From Patescibacteria group bacterium (GTDB lineage Bacteria > Patescibacteriota > JACPGU01): DNA of 64,000 nt. Shown piece after piece: positions 34,525 to 45,001 of the stretch. Within the stretch, counting starts at the first letter, position 1, and the number at the start of each line of letters is the position of its first letter. A program made the translations under genes and the position numbers. Location: contig JAKLDG010000001.1 of assembly GCA_022703645.1 (NCBI GenBank), positions 338,814-402,813 of the forward strand. Reading direction: 5' to 3'. The notes below the pieces were generated by a model. That model saw only the letters and a program-made list of their open reading frames with translations, was not told the origin of the DNA and did no database searches.

Positions 34525-35982
34525 TTGAAAATGCCACTTTCTAAACTTAGAAAACACTTTGCGCAGTTTTGGCCGCATGAGGTGGTTATAGCGATTTTTC
34601 TGCTTGCGATTCTTATGGTTATCACTTTTCGTGACAAAGGATGCAATCAGTCTCCTCGGGAGCAAAAAGTGATTCTACCGCGGTATTTTACCTCGGACTA
34701 TCCGGTTAAGTTCAGCAAAGAGAATTTGATTGCCGGGGCTATCAAAACTTACGATCCGATTATTTTCAATGTAAAAAGAAATGGCGGGCCGCAGGCAATG
34801 ATGGAACGAATCGATCAATACGACTTGGCTATTAATGCTGCAGCCAACAAACACGGCGTCGATGCGCTGACGCTTAAAGGAATTATTTATCTTGAAAGCG
34901 GCGGGGATATTTACGCGCTTTCCGGGTCATCTTGCGCAGGAATTGCGCAGTTTTCTCCCTCCACGGCACGCGGATACGGACTGAAAGTGGCGGGAAACTG
35001 GTATCGATTTTACCTCCGGTTTAAAAAAAGCGGCGCAGATAAGGACGCCATCACGCTTTCACGCATCGATGAACGCTTTGATCCCATAAAAGCAATTGGT
35101 GCTCAAGCCGCGTACATAGCTTCCTTACAGCAAAAATATGGCGAGGTCGATTTCGCGGTTGCGGGATACCATATGGGTGGAAGCAATTTGAGTAATGTTA
35201 TCAGAGAATATCGAGCCGGTTGGCAATCACCCGAAAAAATTACTTGGGAAGATATCGTTTTTGACGCTTCTCCTTCAAAACACCCCAAGACCCATCGGCT
35301 GCTTTTCCATGAGTTGGAAGATTACTCGTGGTCCTACTATTTTCGCGTCCGCTCAGCTATGAAGGCTAGATCTCTTTGGAAAATGGACAAGGCTGTCTTT
35401 GCGCAAAAAGTAGAGCAGCTAAATAATCCAATTCGCAGAACTCAACTGGTAACTGAAACCATCTGGTATCCGGAAGAAAAAATGCCACAATATACAATGG
35501 CGCAGGTAGAGAGGTGGGCTCAGTCGGGACTTTTTGCAAAAATAGAACCCAGTGATTTTCTAAACATCCAGCTTAATAAAGTCAGCGCGCCATATCTGTC
35601 CCAGAATGCTGCCGGCGTGCTTTACCATCTTGCTGGTCAGATGAGGCAAGTAACCGGACACGGAATTACGGTAAATTCTGCTCTGCGCACATACGAAAAG
35701 CAGATACAGTTAGTTCGCCAGGGACTTTCTCCTTCGGTCTATTCATCGCATCTCTGGGGAGAAGGTATTGATATCGATCCTTACAATTCCGACAAGTTGA
35801 ACGATCAGTTGTCATGGTTTCTTGATCAGCTGAAATGGCGCGGCGATATCGTCTGGTATAGAGAAGGCAATCATTTTCACATTACTGTCGCGCCAAATGA
35901 GAAATTCGTTACCCTCGCTAGCAGAGCGATCTTGAACCTTCATGTAAAACAAGCGGAGGAATCTCGTTTCGCCAGCAAGTAA
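34525..35982 (+). CDS. peptidoglycan hydrolase with a lytic transglycosylase (SLT-like) domain and a C-terminal LAS/M15 metallopeptidase domain
   Basis: Glu-containing SLT-like motif (YLESGGD ... CAGIAQF); M15 signatures SSHLWGEGIDID and EGNHFH. N-terminal TM. Terminator at 36003-36034. Confidence 0.6.
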   Translation: MKMPLSKLRKHFAQFWPHEVVIAIFLLAILMVITFRDKGCNQSPREQKVILPRYFTSDYPVKFSKENLIAGAIKTYDPIIFNVKRNGGPQAMMERIDQYDLAINAAANKHGVDALTLKGIIYLESGGDIYALSGSSCAGIAQFSPSTARGYGLKVAGNWYRFYLRFKKSGADKDAITLSRIDERFDPIKAIGAQAAYIASLQQKYGEVDFAVAGYHMGGSNLSNVIREYRAGWQSPEKITWEDIVFDASPSKHPKTHRLLFHELEDYSWSYYFRVRSAMKARSLWKMDKAVFAQKVEQLNNPIRRTQLVTETIWYPEEKMPQYTMAQVERWAQSGLFAKIEPSDFLNIQLNKVSAPYLSQNAAGVLYHLAGQMRQVTGHGITVNSALRTYEKQIQLVRQGLSPSVYSSHLWGEGIDIDPYNSDKLNDQLSWFLDQLKWRGDIVWYREGNHFHITVAPNEKFVTLASRAILNLHVKQAEESRFASK

Positions 35983-36029
35983 CCAATTCAAATTAACTCT
36001 TCAAGCCGTTCTGGTAAAGAACGGCTTTT

Positions 36030-36707
36030 TTGTTTATAATTATATCCATGAAATTAAAAAGATCATTTTTTAATCGCGATACAAATATAGTTGCGCAAGA
36101 GCTTCTCGGCAAAAAAATTGTCCGGGTTCTGCCTGATGGCAGTAGAATTGAGGCTATTATAACCGAAACCGAAGCTTATCATGGATTTGATGATAAAGCC
36201 TCTCACGCAAGCCGCGGTAAAACTGAAAGGAATAAAGTGATGTTCGATAAGGCAGGGTTGGTTTATGTTTATTTAATCTATGGAATGCACTATTGTTTGA
36301 ACTTTACAACAATGGGAAAAGGGTTTCCAGCAGCAGTACTGATTCGAGCTGTTGCTCTCAAAATCCCAAATCATAAATCCCAATGTCCAAACAAATCTCA
36401 AACCCGAAATTCCAAGTTTAAAAATTTAGATTTTGAAAATTATTTAAAAATTACAAAATTAAAAATTAAAAACTTAACTCAAATAAACGGTCCTGGCAGA
36501 ACCTGTAAAGCGCTCCAAATTGATAAATCTCTTTATGGCGAAGATTTGGTTGCCAGTAATCATATTTGGATCGAACCTGTAGAAACACAGATTCGTGTGT
36601 CTAAAAAAATTATCTCATCAAAACGTATAGGAGTTGATTATGCGGGTGAATGTAAGAACTGGGAATGGAATTATAAAGTAGATGCGAAAGCGATAATATT
36701 GTGCTAA
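36030..36707 (+). CDS. mpg: DNA-3-methyladenine glycosylase (Mpg/AAG family) with an AT-rich in-frame insertion
   Basis: ETEAYHG, ASHASRG, NKVMFDKAGLVYVYLIYGMHYCLN, AVLIRA. A low-complexity insert of about 40 aa (NHKSQCPNKSQTRNSKFKNLDFENYLKITKLKIKNLTQI) lies between conserved blocks. Confidence 0.85.
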   Translation: MFIIISMKLKRSFFNRDTNIVAQELLGKKIVRVLPDGSRIEAIITETEAYHGFDDKASHASRGKTERNKVMFDKAGLVYVYLIYGMHYCLNFTTMGKGFPAAVLIRAVALKIPNHKSQCPNKSQTRNSKFKNLDFENYLKITKLKIKNLTQINGPGRTCKALQIDKSLYGEDLVASNHIWIEPVETQIRVSKKIISSKRIGVDYAGECKNWEWNYKVDAKAIILC

Positions 36708-36739
36708 AATAAAATTATAAAAAGTAATATATTTCAAAT

Positions 36740-37165
36740 ATGAATAATGAACAAAATAATATGTCAAAACTGAATGTTTCGGAAATAAAAAAGAGGATGG
36801 CTTCAAGAGAAGGCTTTACTGAAGTTTCGGATAAGATCAAGAAATTTGGTGAGCTCGGGCTGAATATAAGAGAACATCATAGTATTTATAGTACGCCACC
36901 TGGCGATCTGATTCGTAGAATAAAATGCAAAGAAGACGAGGATAAGACTCTTGGGGAGCTAATGAGCGATGAGGAGATATTGGAACGTTTGGATTATTCG
37001 ATAAAATTTTATAATTATTTTAAAGATGATATAATTGATAACCTGCCTGATGATGTAGCTAAAGATACGGTAATGGGCGTCAGAGAAAATCTACCAAAAG
37101 ATATAGCCTACCTTCGCTCAATAGGGCGTCTTCCGGAAAAATACCGTGATTTTCTAAAAGAATAA
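36740..37165 (+). CDS. hypothetical protein
   Basis: 141 aa, no recognisable family. Confidence 0.4.
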   Translation: MNNEQNNMSKLNVSEIKKRMASREGFTEVSDKIKKFGELGLNIREHHSIYSTPPGDLIRRIKCKEDEDKTLGELMSDEEILERLDYSIKFYNYFKDDIIDNLPDDVAKDTVMGVRENLPKDIAYLRSIGRLPEKYRDFLKE

Positions 37166-37193
37166 TATTGTTAATGTAAAAAAGGAGGGGATT

Positions 37194-37613
37194 TTGAAGA
37201 AACTTTGGAAGTGTCCGAAATGCAAAAGGGAGTTCAAAAACCAGAATCAATCACATTCTTGTGTTAAATTTCCTTTGGAAAAACATTTTAAAAATAAAGA
37301 ACTTGCCAAAGAACTATTTTTACACCTGAAAGATGAAATAGAAAAAAATATTGGCAAAGTAAAGATTGAATCTCCGCCTTGCTGCATTCACTTTGTTAGT
37401 AATTACACTTTTGGCGCGGTTTTTCCGATGAAAGATCGGATTAGAATTGATTTTAGAACTGATTTTGAAATCAAAAGTAAAAAAACATGGAAGATGGTAA
37501 AGATCTCAAAAAACCGCTATCTTTATTACCTAGATATTAAGGATAAAAAAGAAATTGACAAAGAACTTATTGGCTGGATCAAAAAAGCTTACTGGATGAA
37601 TAAAGATGAATAA
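37194..37613 (+). CDS. hypothetical protein with an N-terminal zinc ribbon (DUF5655/DUF4287-like)
   Basis: WKCPKCKREF ... HSC, then a conserved-looking alpha/beta region. AGGAGGGG RBS with a TTG start. Terminator at 37611-37640. Confidence 0.45.
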   Translation: MKKLWKCPKCKREFKNQNQSHSCVKFPLEKHFKNKELAKELFLHLKDEIEKNIGKVKIESPPCCIHFVSNYTFGAVFPMKDRIRIDFRTDFEIKSKKTWKMVKISKNRYLYYLDIKDKKEIDKELIGWIKKAYWMNKDE

Positions 37614-37713
37614 AATCCGCAAAAGCGGATTTTATTGTCTCATTGAATATTTTTTTAATTTGACGGGATAAATGCTATAATGGATTTGATTTTAATATTA
37701 ATAAAATTTTTCT

Positions 37714-38025
37714 ATGAAAAAAATGAGCCTGTATCTGCAAGGTCTTATCAACGCGGTTTTGGCAGCGGCCTATGTCTCTCTTATAGCATTAATTATGTCT
37801 CATGGTGAGAACATTTTTGGCAAAGAGGATGGTTTTTTGGTGCCATTTATCATGCTACTTATTTTCGTTCTTTCCGCTGCTGTTATGGGAATTCTAGTCT
37901 TTGCTAAACCGATAATGTTATACATCGACGGACAGAAAAAAGATGCTGTCAAATTACTTGGTTATACTGTTGGATGGATTTCTGTAGTTATCATTATTAC
38001 TATCCTACTAAAAATTGCGATATAA
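37714..38025 (+). CDS. small hypothetical membrane protein
   Basis: Three TM helices. Confidence 0.4.
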   Translation: MKKMSLYLQGLINAVLAAAYVSLIALIMSHGENIFGKEDGFLVPFIMLLIFVLSAAVMGILVFAKPIMLYIDGQKKDAVKLLGYTVGWISVVIIITILLKIAI

Positions 38026-38126
38026 ATATGCGCTATTAATGTTTGCAGGGTGGTTCAATATGAAAATTTCAATAGAGTTGTATGATGCCTCTCGACAAGG
38101 TTTTCGACAAGTGATATTATGCGTTT

Positions 38127-38657
38127 ATGGAAAATAAATCAAATAAATTCGTAATTCTTTTCGCTGGCGCAGTAGGCAGTTCCAAAAGCCCGATTGCGAC
38201 TTATCTCAGTTTCAAACTTGATCTGCCGATTTTTATTCATGACGTCATCCGCACGGAAGTGAAGGAAGACTTGGGGAAAATGGACGTGAATGAATATGCA
38301 AAGCGCAGAGATGAGAGGCTGCGAGAGATTATTGCAAAAGGAGATTCTTTTATTTATGATGCGAGCGTGGATCGGTCTTGGGAGATGAGAAAAGCGCAGC
38401 TGTTGGCTGCCGGGTATAAATATTGCATTGTCAGTCTTGATCTTTCTATTTCATTTCTAGAACAATTATGTAAGATAAAAAACTATACCGAAACATTGAC
38501 AGTCATTGATAATTTTGTTTTGGAACACAATACTTTTTTGAATAGGTTTAAAGACGACGTCATAGTGCATATTACGGATGAAACTTTTCCCAGCCGTCTG
38601 AATATCGCTTATAACGCAGTGAAAAAATGGATTGACGAAAATAGTAAATTAATATAG
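38127..38657 (+). CDS. P-loop NTPase / predicted kinase (AAA_33-like)
   Basis: Walker A GAVGSSKS near the N-terminus. Confidence 0.5.
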   Translation: MENKSNKFVILFAGAVGSSKSPIATYLSFKLDLPIFIHDVIRTEVKEDLGKMDVNEYAKRRDERLREIIAKGDSFIYDASVDRSWEMRKAQLLAAGYKYCIVSLDLSISFLEQLCKIKNYTETLTVIDNFVLEHNTFLNRFKDDVIVHITDETFPSRLNIAYNAVKKWIDENSKLI

Positions 38658-38680
38658 TAATATTATTAACATAAAAACAA

Positions 38681-38890
38681 ATGGTAAAAAAAGACGAAAA
38701 ATGTGAATGCCGCTGTCATCATAAAAAGATGGGCGGTGGATGGAGTGTTTACAGTTTAGGATTTATAGGCGCAGCGGTTTATTACATTGGAACCGCGGCA
38801 ACTTTTTGGATTGGAGTTTTGGGATTTTTGAAAGCGGTTGTTTGGCCGGCACTTCTGGTTTATACATTGATGCAATATATTGGAATGTAG
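38681..38890 (+). CDS. small hypothetical membrane protein
   Basis: 69 aa; N-terminal CECRCHH plus two TM helices. Confidence 0.3.
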   Translation: MVKKDEKCECRCHHKKMGGGWSVYSLGFIGAAVYYIGTAATFWIGVLGFLKAVVWPALLVYTLMQYIGM

Positions 38891-38931
38891 AAGACTAATA
38901 TTATATTAGAAATATTAGTAAAAATAAAAAT

Positions 38932-39333
38932 ATGGCAAAAGGATTTAACGCAAACATCGAGAAGGATACTCTCGAGAACTCTAATTTTCGCAAAGTGCTT
39001 TATACGGCAAAGCATTCACAATTGGTTTTGATGGCTTTAAAACCAAGCGAAGACATCGGGATGGAAGTGCATCCTGATAATGATCAGTTTTTTCGTTTTG
39101 AAGCAGGCGTAGGCAAAGCAATTATTGATGGCAATGAATATGAATTGGCAAACGGATCTGTGATCATCGTTCCAGCCGGAGCGCAGCACAATATTATAAA
39201 TACTTCTGCAACCGATGAATTGAAATTGTACACTATTTACTCTCCAGCTCACCACAAAGATAGGGTGGTCAGAGCTACAAAAGCAGAAGCTGAGGCTGAC
39301 AGTCCTGAATTTGACGGGGCAACAACCGAGTAA
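38932..39333 (+). CDS. cupin domain protein
   Basis: GMEVHPDNDQFFRFEAG ... IIVPAGAQHNIIN, a cupin_2 pattern. Bidirectional terminator at 39349-39382. Confidence 0.7.
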   Translation: MAKGFNANIEKDTLENSNFRKVLYTAKHSQLVLMALKPSEDIGMEVHPDNDQFFRFEAGVGKAIIDGNEYELANGSVIIVPAGAQHNIINTSATDELKLYTIYSPAHHKDRVVRATKAEAEADSPEFDGATTE

Positions 39334-39396
39334 AAAAATCATGAAAAATAAAACCTCCGGAAATTTCGGAGGTTTTTCAATTTGTAAATTGAAGTT

Positions 39397-40479
39397 TTAA
39401 AGTAAATTGAGTACAGAATTGAGCGTTGATCCGATAACCAGCGACATATCAACATCTTTTATCAATCCGCCCGTACTTTTCTCGTATGAACGATAGATAG
39501 TATTGCCGCCGAAAATATGAGTGTACGGAGAATTATCAGTGATATTTCGGCGCCAGCCGGGCGAGAGTACCAAGTGTGTAACTGCGAGGTAGAGTTCCGC
39601 TACGCCCATTTCACGATACCAACGCCCGCGCATTGCTGCTGTTCCGCCGGTATCCAGCTCATCTTCCCGTGAAATTACGACGCTTCCGGAAACCAAATCC
39701 GGCTTCATTAATACTGATTCAACGCCATAATCCTGTTTGACTTTTTTAATTAATGACAGAATCTGTTCGTCAGCCTCTTTATCCATAGTGATTTTGCCTG
39801 TTTGGGATCGTGTCTTAAATTTCTTTAAGTCGAACAATATCGGCAAATTCAGCTCTTTCGCCAAGCTTGCCGCGCGCGGTATAGAACCTTTATCTGGAGC
39901 ATCAATAAATGTCGGGATCAATTCGCCCCGCAGCCGAGAAACCAGATCAAACATTGCCTTTGCGTAAGCTGGAGTCGGATCTACATTGAAAAAAACCAGA
40001 TCGATTTTTTCGGCATTTTTTCTGGTCTGATCCGAATGAACATCGCAAACTATTAGACGGTCAACCCCATTTGCTTTTAGCATCTCCATAAACCAGAGAT
40101 TGCGGTGAATCTCATGTGTTACTTCAGGATGGTCCTGTCTGCGGTAGGACATGAAAGGCATCACGACCGTGAGGCTCTCCGCTTTATATTGGCGCTTGAT
40201 AGCCCACATCAGTTGCAGCGCTTGGGTTACTAAAGGAGTGGTAGAACAGTTGACAAAAAGAACCGCGTGTCTGCCGCTAATTTTAGCCGGAGTGGCAATG
40301 CGGTCGTCCGGCTCGCCATCGCTCCAAAAACCAAAATTAATATTAGAAAGATTAAGGTCTTTTTCTCCGGGACGCGAATTATTGACATTGCGCAACACCA
40401 GATTTGCGAGGCGATTGACCCTGCCCGCGCCGCAAAAAACCACGATTTTTTCCGATCCAGCCATTTTTATACCCTCCAT
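39397..40479 (-). CDS. ribose-phosphate pyrophosphokinase (Prs)-family protein, divergent
   Basis: Aligns with Prs blocks: WSDGEP, VVMPFMSYRRQDH (vs IPYFGYARQDR), CDVHSDQ, REDELDTGGT. GC-richer than flanking genes. Confidence 0.6.
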   Translation of the reverse strand: MEGIKMAGSEKIVVFCGAGRVNRLANLVLRNVNNSRPGEKDLNLSNINFGFWSDGEPDDRIATPAKISGRHAVLFVNCSTTPLVTQALQLMWAIKRQYKAESLTVVMPFMSYRRQDHPEVTHEIHRNLWFMEMLKANGVDRLIVCDVHSDQTRKNAEKIDLVFFNVDPTPAYAKAMFDLVSRLRGELIPTFIDAPDKGSIPRAASLAKELNLPILFDLKKFKTRSQTGKITMDKEADEQILSLIKKVKQDYGVESVLMKPDLVSGSVVISREDELDTGGTAAMRGRWYREMGVAELYLAVTHLVLSPGWRRNITDNSPYTHIFGGNTIYRSYEKSTGGLIKDVDMSLVIGSTLNSVLNLL

Positions 40480-40665
40480 TTTGATTTTTTAAAAAACACG
40501 CAGAATATTCAGATTTAATAATTAAATAATAGTACAAATAAGAGTTTTTTTCAATGCCTTTTGCATTTTATTATTTATGCTATAATGAAAAAATAGATGT
40601 ATTTCTTAAAATATTATTTAACCAAGAAAAAATTTATGCCAGATTATTTGGTATGATTTTTTCTT

Positions 40666-40747
40666 AAAAGGAGGATTTTCACGAAAGCTTACGGAGAATA
40701 AAACTGAAATTTTTTTCTCAAAAGTGGGAGTGGAATTACGACGGGTG
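40666..40747 (+). promoter_or_regulatory. conserved leader motif (GATTTTTTCTTAAAAGGAGGATTTTCACGAAAGCT ... AAAGTGGGAGTGGAATTACGACGG) ending at the mscL start
   Basis: Near-identical over the first 37 nt to 59305-59340 (nusA) and related to 101-184. The GTG start at 40745 aligns with the ATGs of the other two copies. Confidence 0.5.
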
Positions 40748-41056
40748 GAAGGTTTTATTAATTTTATTAAAGAGCAGGGGGTTGTCGGGTTAGCTGTTGG
40801 TTTTATTCTCGGCGGCGCAGTATCAAAAGTTGTTTCGGCTCTCGTAACAGATATTATTAATCCATTTATTGGGTTAGGGCTCGGTGCGGTAGGGGATATT
40901 AAATCCGCTTCTTTTTCCGTAGGTTCGGCTACGATTCTTTATGGAGATATGATTGGCGTGGTTATTGATTTTCTTGTAATCGCGCTCGTTGTGTATTTTG
41001 GAGTTAAGATATTTCGCTTTGACAAGCATGATAAAAAGCCGGTTAAGGCAAAGTAA
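40745..41056 (+). CDS. mscL: large-conductance mechanosensitive channel
   Basis: (M)EGFINFIKEQGVVGLAVGFILGGAVSKVVSALVTDIINPFIG fits the MscL consensus. The track ORF starts at GTG 40724; the biological start is more likely GTG 40745. Confidence 0.8.
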   Translation: MEGFINFIKEQGVVGLAVGFILGGAVSKVVSALVTDIINPFIGLGLGAVGDIKSASFSVGSATILYGDMIGVVIDFLVIALVVYFGVKIFRFDKHDKKPVKAK

Positions 41057-41084
41057 TTTTGTGTTATACTTATTATATTAAACC

Positions 41085-42788
41085 ATGACTCAAGCTGATG
41101 CTCTCAAAATTTTGAAATCCGGAGCTAATGTTTTTATTACCGGAGAACCGGGATCTGGGAAGACTTACACGATTAACCAATATGTGGCATATCTGCGTTC
41201 TCACGGAATTGAACCGGCGATCACTGCTTCAACCGGAATTGCTGCTACGCATATTGGTGGGATGACAATTCATTCCTGGTCTGGTATTGGAATCAAAAAT
41301 CATCTAAGCAAATCGGATTTTCATAACATTATCACGAACGATTATATCGAGAAAAGAGTGGGGGAGGCCAAAGTCTTGATTATTGATGAGATATCCATGC
41401 TCCCTCCCGAAACTTTACAAATGGTAGACGCGATTTGTCGTGGGGTTAAGAAAAACCAAGCTCCATTTGGCGGTATGCAGGTGGTTCTGGTAGGAGATTT
41501 TTTTCAGCTTCCGCCTATCAAAAAAAATGAGTTTAGTGGATATTTACAGGATAACCTTTTTGACGAAGGAGCGCCCGCGCGCTTTGCATATGATTCACGC
41601 ACCTGGCGCGATATGGAATTTATCGCTTGCTATATTGATGAGCAGTACCGTCAGGATGATTTTGAACTTGTTAATCTTTTATCGAAAATCCGTTCCAATT
41701 CTTTTGGAGTTAATGAGTTAGCTCTTATTCAAAGACGACGGGTAGATGCGGTAAAGGCTCCTGATCATGCGCCAAAACTATTTTCGCATAATATCGATGT
41801 GGACACTGTTAATAATCAGATGTTAGAAAAAATTCGCGAGCCAAAACAGAGCTTTCCCATGATTACAAAAGGTCATGAAGCGCTGGTTGCCATAATGAAA
41901 AAAGGTTGTTTATCACCGGAAAATCTGGAATTAAAAATCGGCGCTGCCGTCATGTTTACCAGAAATAATCCGAAAGACGGATATGTAAATGGAACTTTGG
42001 GAGTAGTTGATTCATTCAACCATGATAATGGAATGCCGATTGTAAAATTGAGAAACGGACGTAAAATCGAAGTTTCTTACGCGGATTGGACGGTTGAGGA
42101 AGATGGTAAAGTGAAAGGACGCCTCACACAGATTCCTCTAAGGTTAGCTTGGGCGATAACGGTGCATAAAAGCCAGGGGATTTCGCTCGATGAAGCGGTT
42201 ATTGATCTTTCGAGCGTATTTGAATTCGGCCAAGGGTATGTGGCATTATCACGTGTGCGCAGATTACGCGGAATCTACATTCTAGGATGGAATGATAAAT
42301 CCTTTCAAGTTGACCCTGAAGTACTGAAAAAAGATCAAGAGTTTCGACGCGACTCAAAAGAAGCCGAAGCTTTTTTCTCGCGTTTTTCCGAGCAAGAGTT
42401 AGTAAAAACACAGAATGATTTCATTATATTTTGTGGCGGTGCAATAAATACCGAAGACGTCATTCCAAAGAAAAAAGGTAAAAAAACGCATACGATTAAC
42501 GAAACATTGAAGCTTTGGAAGGAAGGGAAGGGGATTACCCAAATTGCCGAAATCCGCGCCTTGAGTGAAAATACTGTTTTTTCACATATTGAAAGATTGG
42601 TTGAGAAAGGAAAAGTGGAACGCAAGGAACTAATGCGTCTTGCAAGCACAGACCTGAAACGCGCGCTGCCAAAAATTGAAAAGGCTTTTAAAGATTTAAA
42701 AACTAGAAAGCTAACTCCGGTTTTTGAGTATTTTAAGGGCAGACATTCTTATGACGATTTGAGATTAGCACGAATGATAAATAGTTAA
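41085..42788 (+). CDS. Pif1/RecD-family ATP-dependent DNA helicase with a C-terminal HTH domain
   Basis: Walker A GEPGSGKT, DEISML, VVLVGDFFQLPPI, HKSQG. Confidence 0.8.
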   Translation: MTQADALKILKSGANVFITGEPGSGKTYTINQYVAYLRSHGIEPAITASTGIAATHIGGMTIHSWSGIGIKNHLSKSDFHNIITNDYIEKRVGEAKVLIIDEISMLPPETLQMVDAICRGVKKNQAPFGGMQVVLVGDFFQLPPIKKNEFSGYLQDNLFDEGAPARFAYDSRTWRDMEFIACYIDEQYRQDDFELVNLLSKIRSNSFGVNELALIQRRRVDAVKAPDHAPKLFSHNIDVDTVNNQMLEKIREPKQSFPMITKGHEALVAIMKKGCLSPENLELKIGAAVMFTRNNPKDGYVNGTLGVVDSFNHDNGMPIVKLRNGRKIEVSYADWTVEEDGKVKGRLTQIPLRLAWAITVHKSQGISLDEAVIDLSSVFEFGQGYVALSRVRRLRGIYILGWNDKSFQVDPEVLKKDQEFRRDSKEAEAFFSRFSEQELVKTQNDFIIFCGGAINTEDVIPKKKGKKTHTINETLKLWKEGKGITQIAEIRALSENTVFSHIERLVEKGKVERKELMRLASTDLKRALPKIEKAFKDLKTRKLTPVFEYFKGRHSYDDLRLARMINS

Positions 42789-42919
42789 TATTTTATCGAA
42801 CTGAAAAAAACAAAAAATAAGATATAAAGTACCTTGTTTATATTTCAATTTATAGTATATTTTAATAGACCGATATTTAACTGTGGATATCTTTATTTTC
42901 GTATAGATAAAAAGCCCTC

Positions 42920-45001
42920 ATGATAATAAAAAAGAAAGTAAAAAATGAATTTTTCTTCGGATTTATTTCTGTTGCTGTTCTTGTTCTTTTTTTGGGAATG
43001 CTTTCCATGTTTGCCGCCAGTAATGTCGATACCACGGTTAATATAATTTCAGCTGCTCCGGCAATTACTTTTTTTACTGCGACGCCAACATCTGTGAATT
43101 CGGGGGATTCATCGCTATTAACATGGAATTCTACTAATACAACATCTTGCAATAGTAGTGATTTTGCAACAGGCGGCGCGATTAGCAACTTGATCGGTGT
43201 TCCAACTGGCGCGTTAACCACTGCAACTACCTTTACTATTACTTGTTCTGGTCCTGGAGGTCCTGACGCAACTAGTAGCGTTACGGTAACAATCTCCGCG
43301 GGTGGCGGACCATCTTATACTTCTACCCCCCCAACTCCAACTGTTCCAAAAATTACTTCTTTTATTGCGACGCCAGCTCTAGTTGATTCTGGCGGATCAT
43401 CCGTGCTTTCGTGGACTTCGCAGGATGCCACTTCTTGTAGCAGTCCTGATTTTTCAGTTGGATCAAGCTCAAATACAAACGGTTCTATTACATTAAATAA
43501 TATTACTTCAAATAAAATATTTAATCTAATTTGCACTGACGGAATCAGCTCAGACATGGCTAGCGTGGAGGTAAAGATTAATGTGGTTCCAATATTAATC
43601 GCAAATAAGACTTTGGTTGCCCCAGGTGATAGCATTTCTTTGAGCTGGACTGCGGCCGGGGCTGCAGTATGTACCGCTTCGGGAGTTGCTGGTTGGTCCG
43701 GTAGCAAATTTGTTCCAAGCGGAGCGCAAGATGTGGTTTTACCAAGTTCCCCGGGTATTTATGTTTATACACTAACTTGCGATGAAAGTTCAACTTTTGT
43801 AACGATAAACGTTGGATTGCCGCCGGTTTTTATCAGTTTTAATTCAAATAAAACTACTACTGCTCCCAGTGATACCGCATCACTCGCTTGGGATGTAACC
43901 GGAGCTGACACCTGCGAGGCTTCCGGAGCATCTGATTGGAGCGGAAACAAATCTTTATCTGGTACAAGTAGTATAACTTTACCAGACACTATTGGGTTTT
44001 TCTCATATAAATTAAGCTGTTCAAATGTATTTGGCTCTATCAGCCGTACGATCAATATCAATGTTTCAACTGCTGAAAAACCTCCAATTGAAGAACAACC
44101 TCCAATGCCAATTACTAACCCAATAGAAGTTACTAAACCAACTGAAGAAACATTTGGCGGCGCAGGCGGCGGTATTGAAGTAACGATGACAACCGAAAAT
44201 CCTCAGATAGAAATTGGGGCATTGGGAACAACCAAAATATCCTGGACTTCCAAAGGAGCTGATAGCTGCAGCGCTTCGGGTGTTGACGGCTGGGCAGGAA
44301 ACAAGCCAGTTAATGGAAGTGAAACTGTTACAGTTCCGGCTGAAACCGGAATCTATACTTATGTATTGACTTGTGAAAATCAAAAAGGACAAAAAACAGT
44401 TGCTTATGCTAAGATTACCGTAACCGAACCAAATAAAATTGAGGGTTTTTTCAACATCATAGAATCAGAAATCATTCCGGAAGCAGCGGTAACGTCTGGT
44501 GAAGTTTTGCAATATGTTCCAACCCCATCTGAAATAATAGACAAGCTAGGCCTGACGGAAGCTTTTTTGATTTCTGGTCCGCCAAAAACATTTGCGCAGA
44601 ATGTTTTATCCACTATCATTGCCGCTTTGTTGTTGTTGATGGTCCTTTACTTATCGATTTTATACTATAAAAATTCCAAAAACTGGGGTTATATCTTTGA
44701 TGCAGATTCAGGTCGCGCCATATCGGACGCAAAAATTGAAATCCGCAAAGCGTCCAATGGCGAGATACTCCAAACGACTTTATCCGACCATAAAGGAAAG
44801 TTCAGATTTATTTTAAAGAATCTTAAAGATGGGGATTATATTGTTGCGGTTGAAAAAAGAGGGTATCTTTTTCCATCCAAAGTTTTTGGAAGAAAGACTA
44901 CAATACCAAAATTAGTCTATCTCGGAAGAAAAACTAAATTGATTATTAAAAAAGGATTTAAGATGAAAATTCCTATCGACCCAATATCAAAACAAATATG
45001 A
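42920..45001 (+). CDS. surface protein with five tandem Cys-pair Ig-like repeats, a TM anchor and a carboxypeptidase-regulatory-like domain
   Basis: Signal/anchor; five modules of about 90 aa, each with two conserved Cys and W; C-terminal TM; DADSGRAISDAKIE ... KGKFRF ... DYIV CarbopepD_reg-like domain. Confidence 0.6.
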   Translation: MIIKKKVKNEFFFGFISVAVLVLFLGMLSMFAASNVDTTVNIISAAPAITFFTATPTSVNSGDSSLLTWNSTNTTSCNSSDFATGGAISNLIGVPTGALTTATTFTITCSGPGGPDATSSVTVTISAGGGPSYTSTPPTPTVPKITSFIATPALVDSGGSSVLSWTSQDATSCSSPDFSVGSSSNTNGSITLNNITSNKIFNLICTDGISSDMASVEVKINVVPILIANKTLVAPGDSISLSWTAAGAAVCTASGVAGWSGSKFVPSGAQDVVLPSSPGIYVYTLTCDESSTFVTINVGLPPVFISFNSNKTTTAPSDTASLAWDVTGADTCEASGASDWSGNKSLSGTSSITLPDTIGFFSYKLSCSNVFGSISRTININVSTAEKPPIEEQPPMPITNPIEVTKPTEETFGGAGGGIEVTMTTENPQIEIGALGTTKISWTSKGADSCSASGVDGWAGNKPVNGSETVTVPAETGIYTYVLTCENQKGQKTVAYAKITVTEPNKIEGFFNIIESEIIPEAAVTSGEVLQYVPTPSEIIDKLGLTEAFLISGPPKTFAQNVLSTIIAALLLLMVLYLSILYYKNSKNWGYIFDADSGRAISDAKIEIRKASNGEILQTTLSDHKGKFRFILKNLKDGDYIVAVEKRGYLFPSKVFGRKTTIPKLVYLGRKTKLIIKKGFKMKIPIDPISKQI

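Noticed and set aside
39737-40518. Several plus-strand ORFs (76-113 aa)
   Set aside because: Antisense to the Prs-family gene in a GC-richer region; no motifs.
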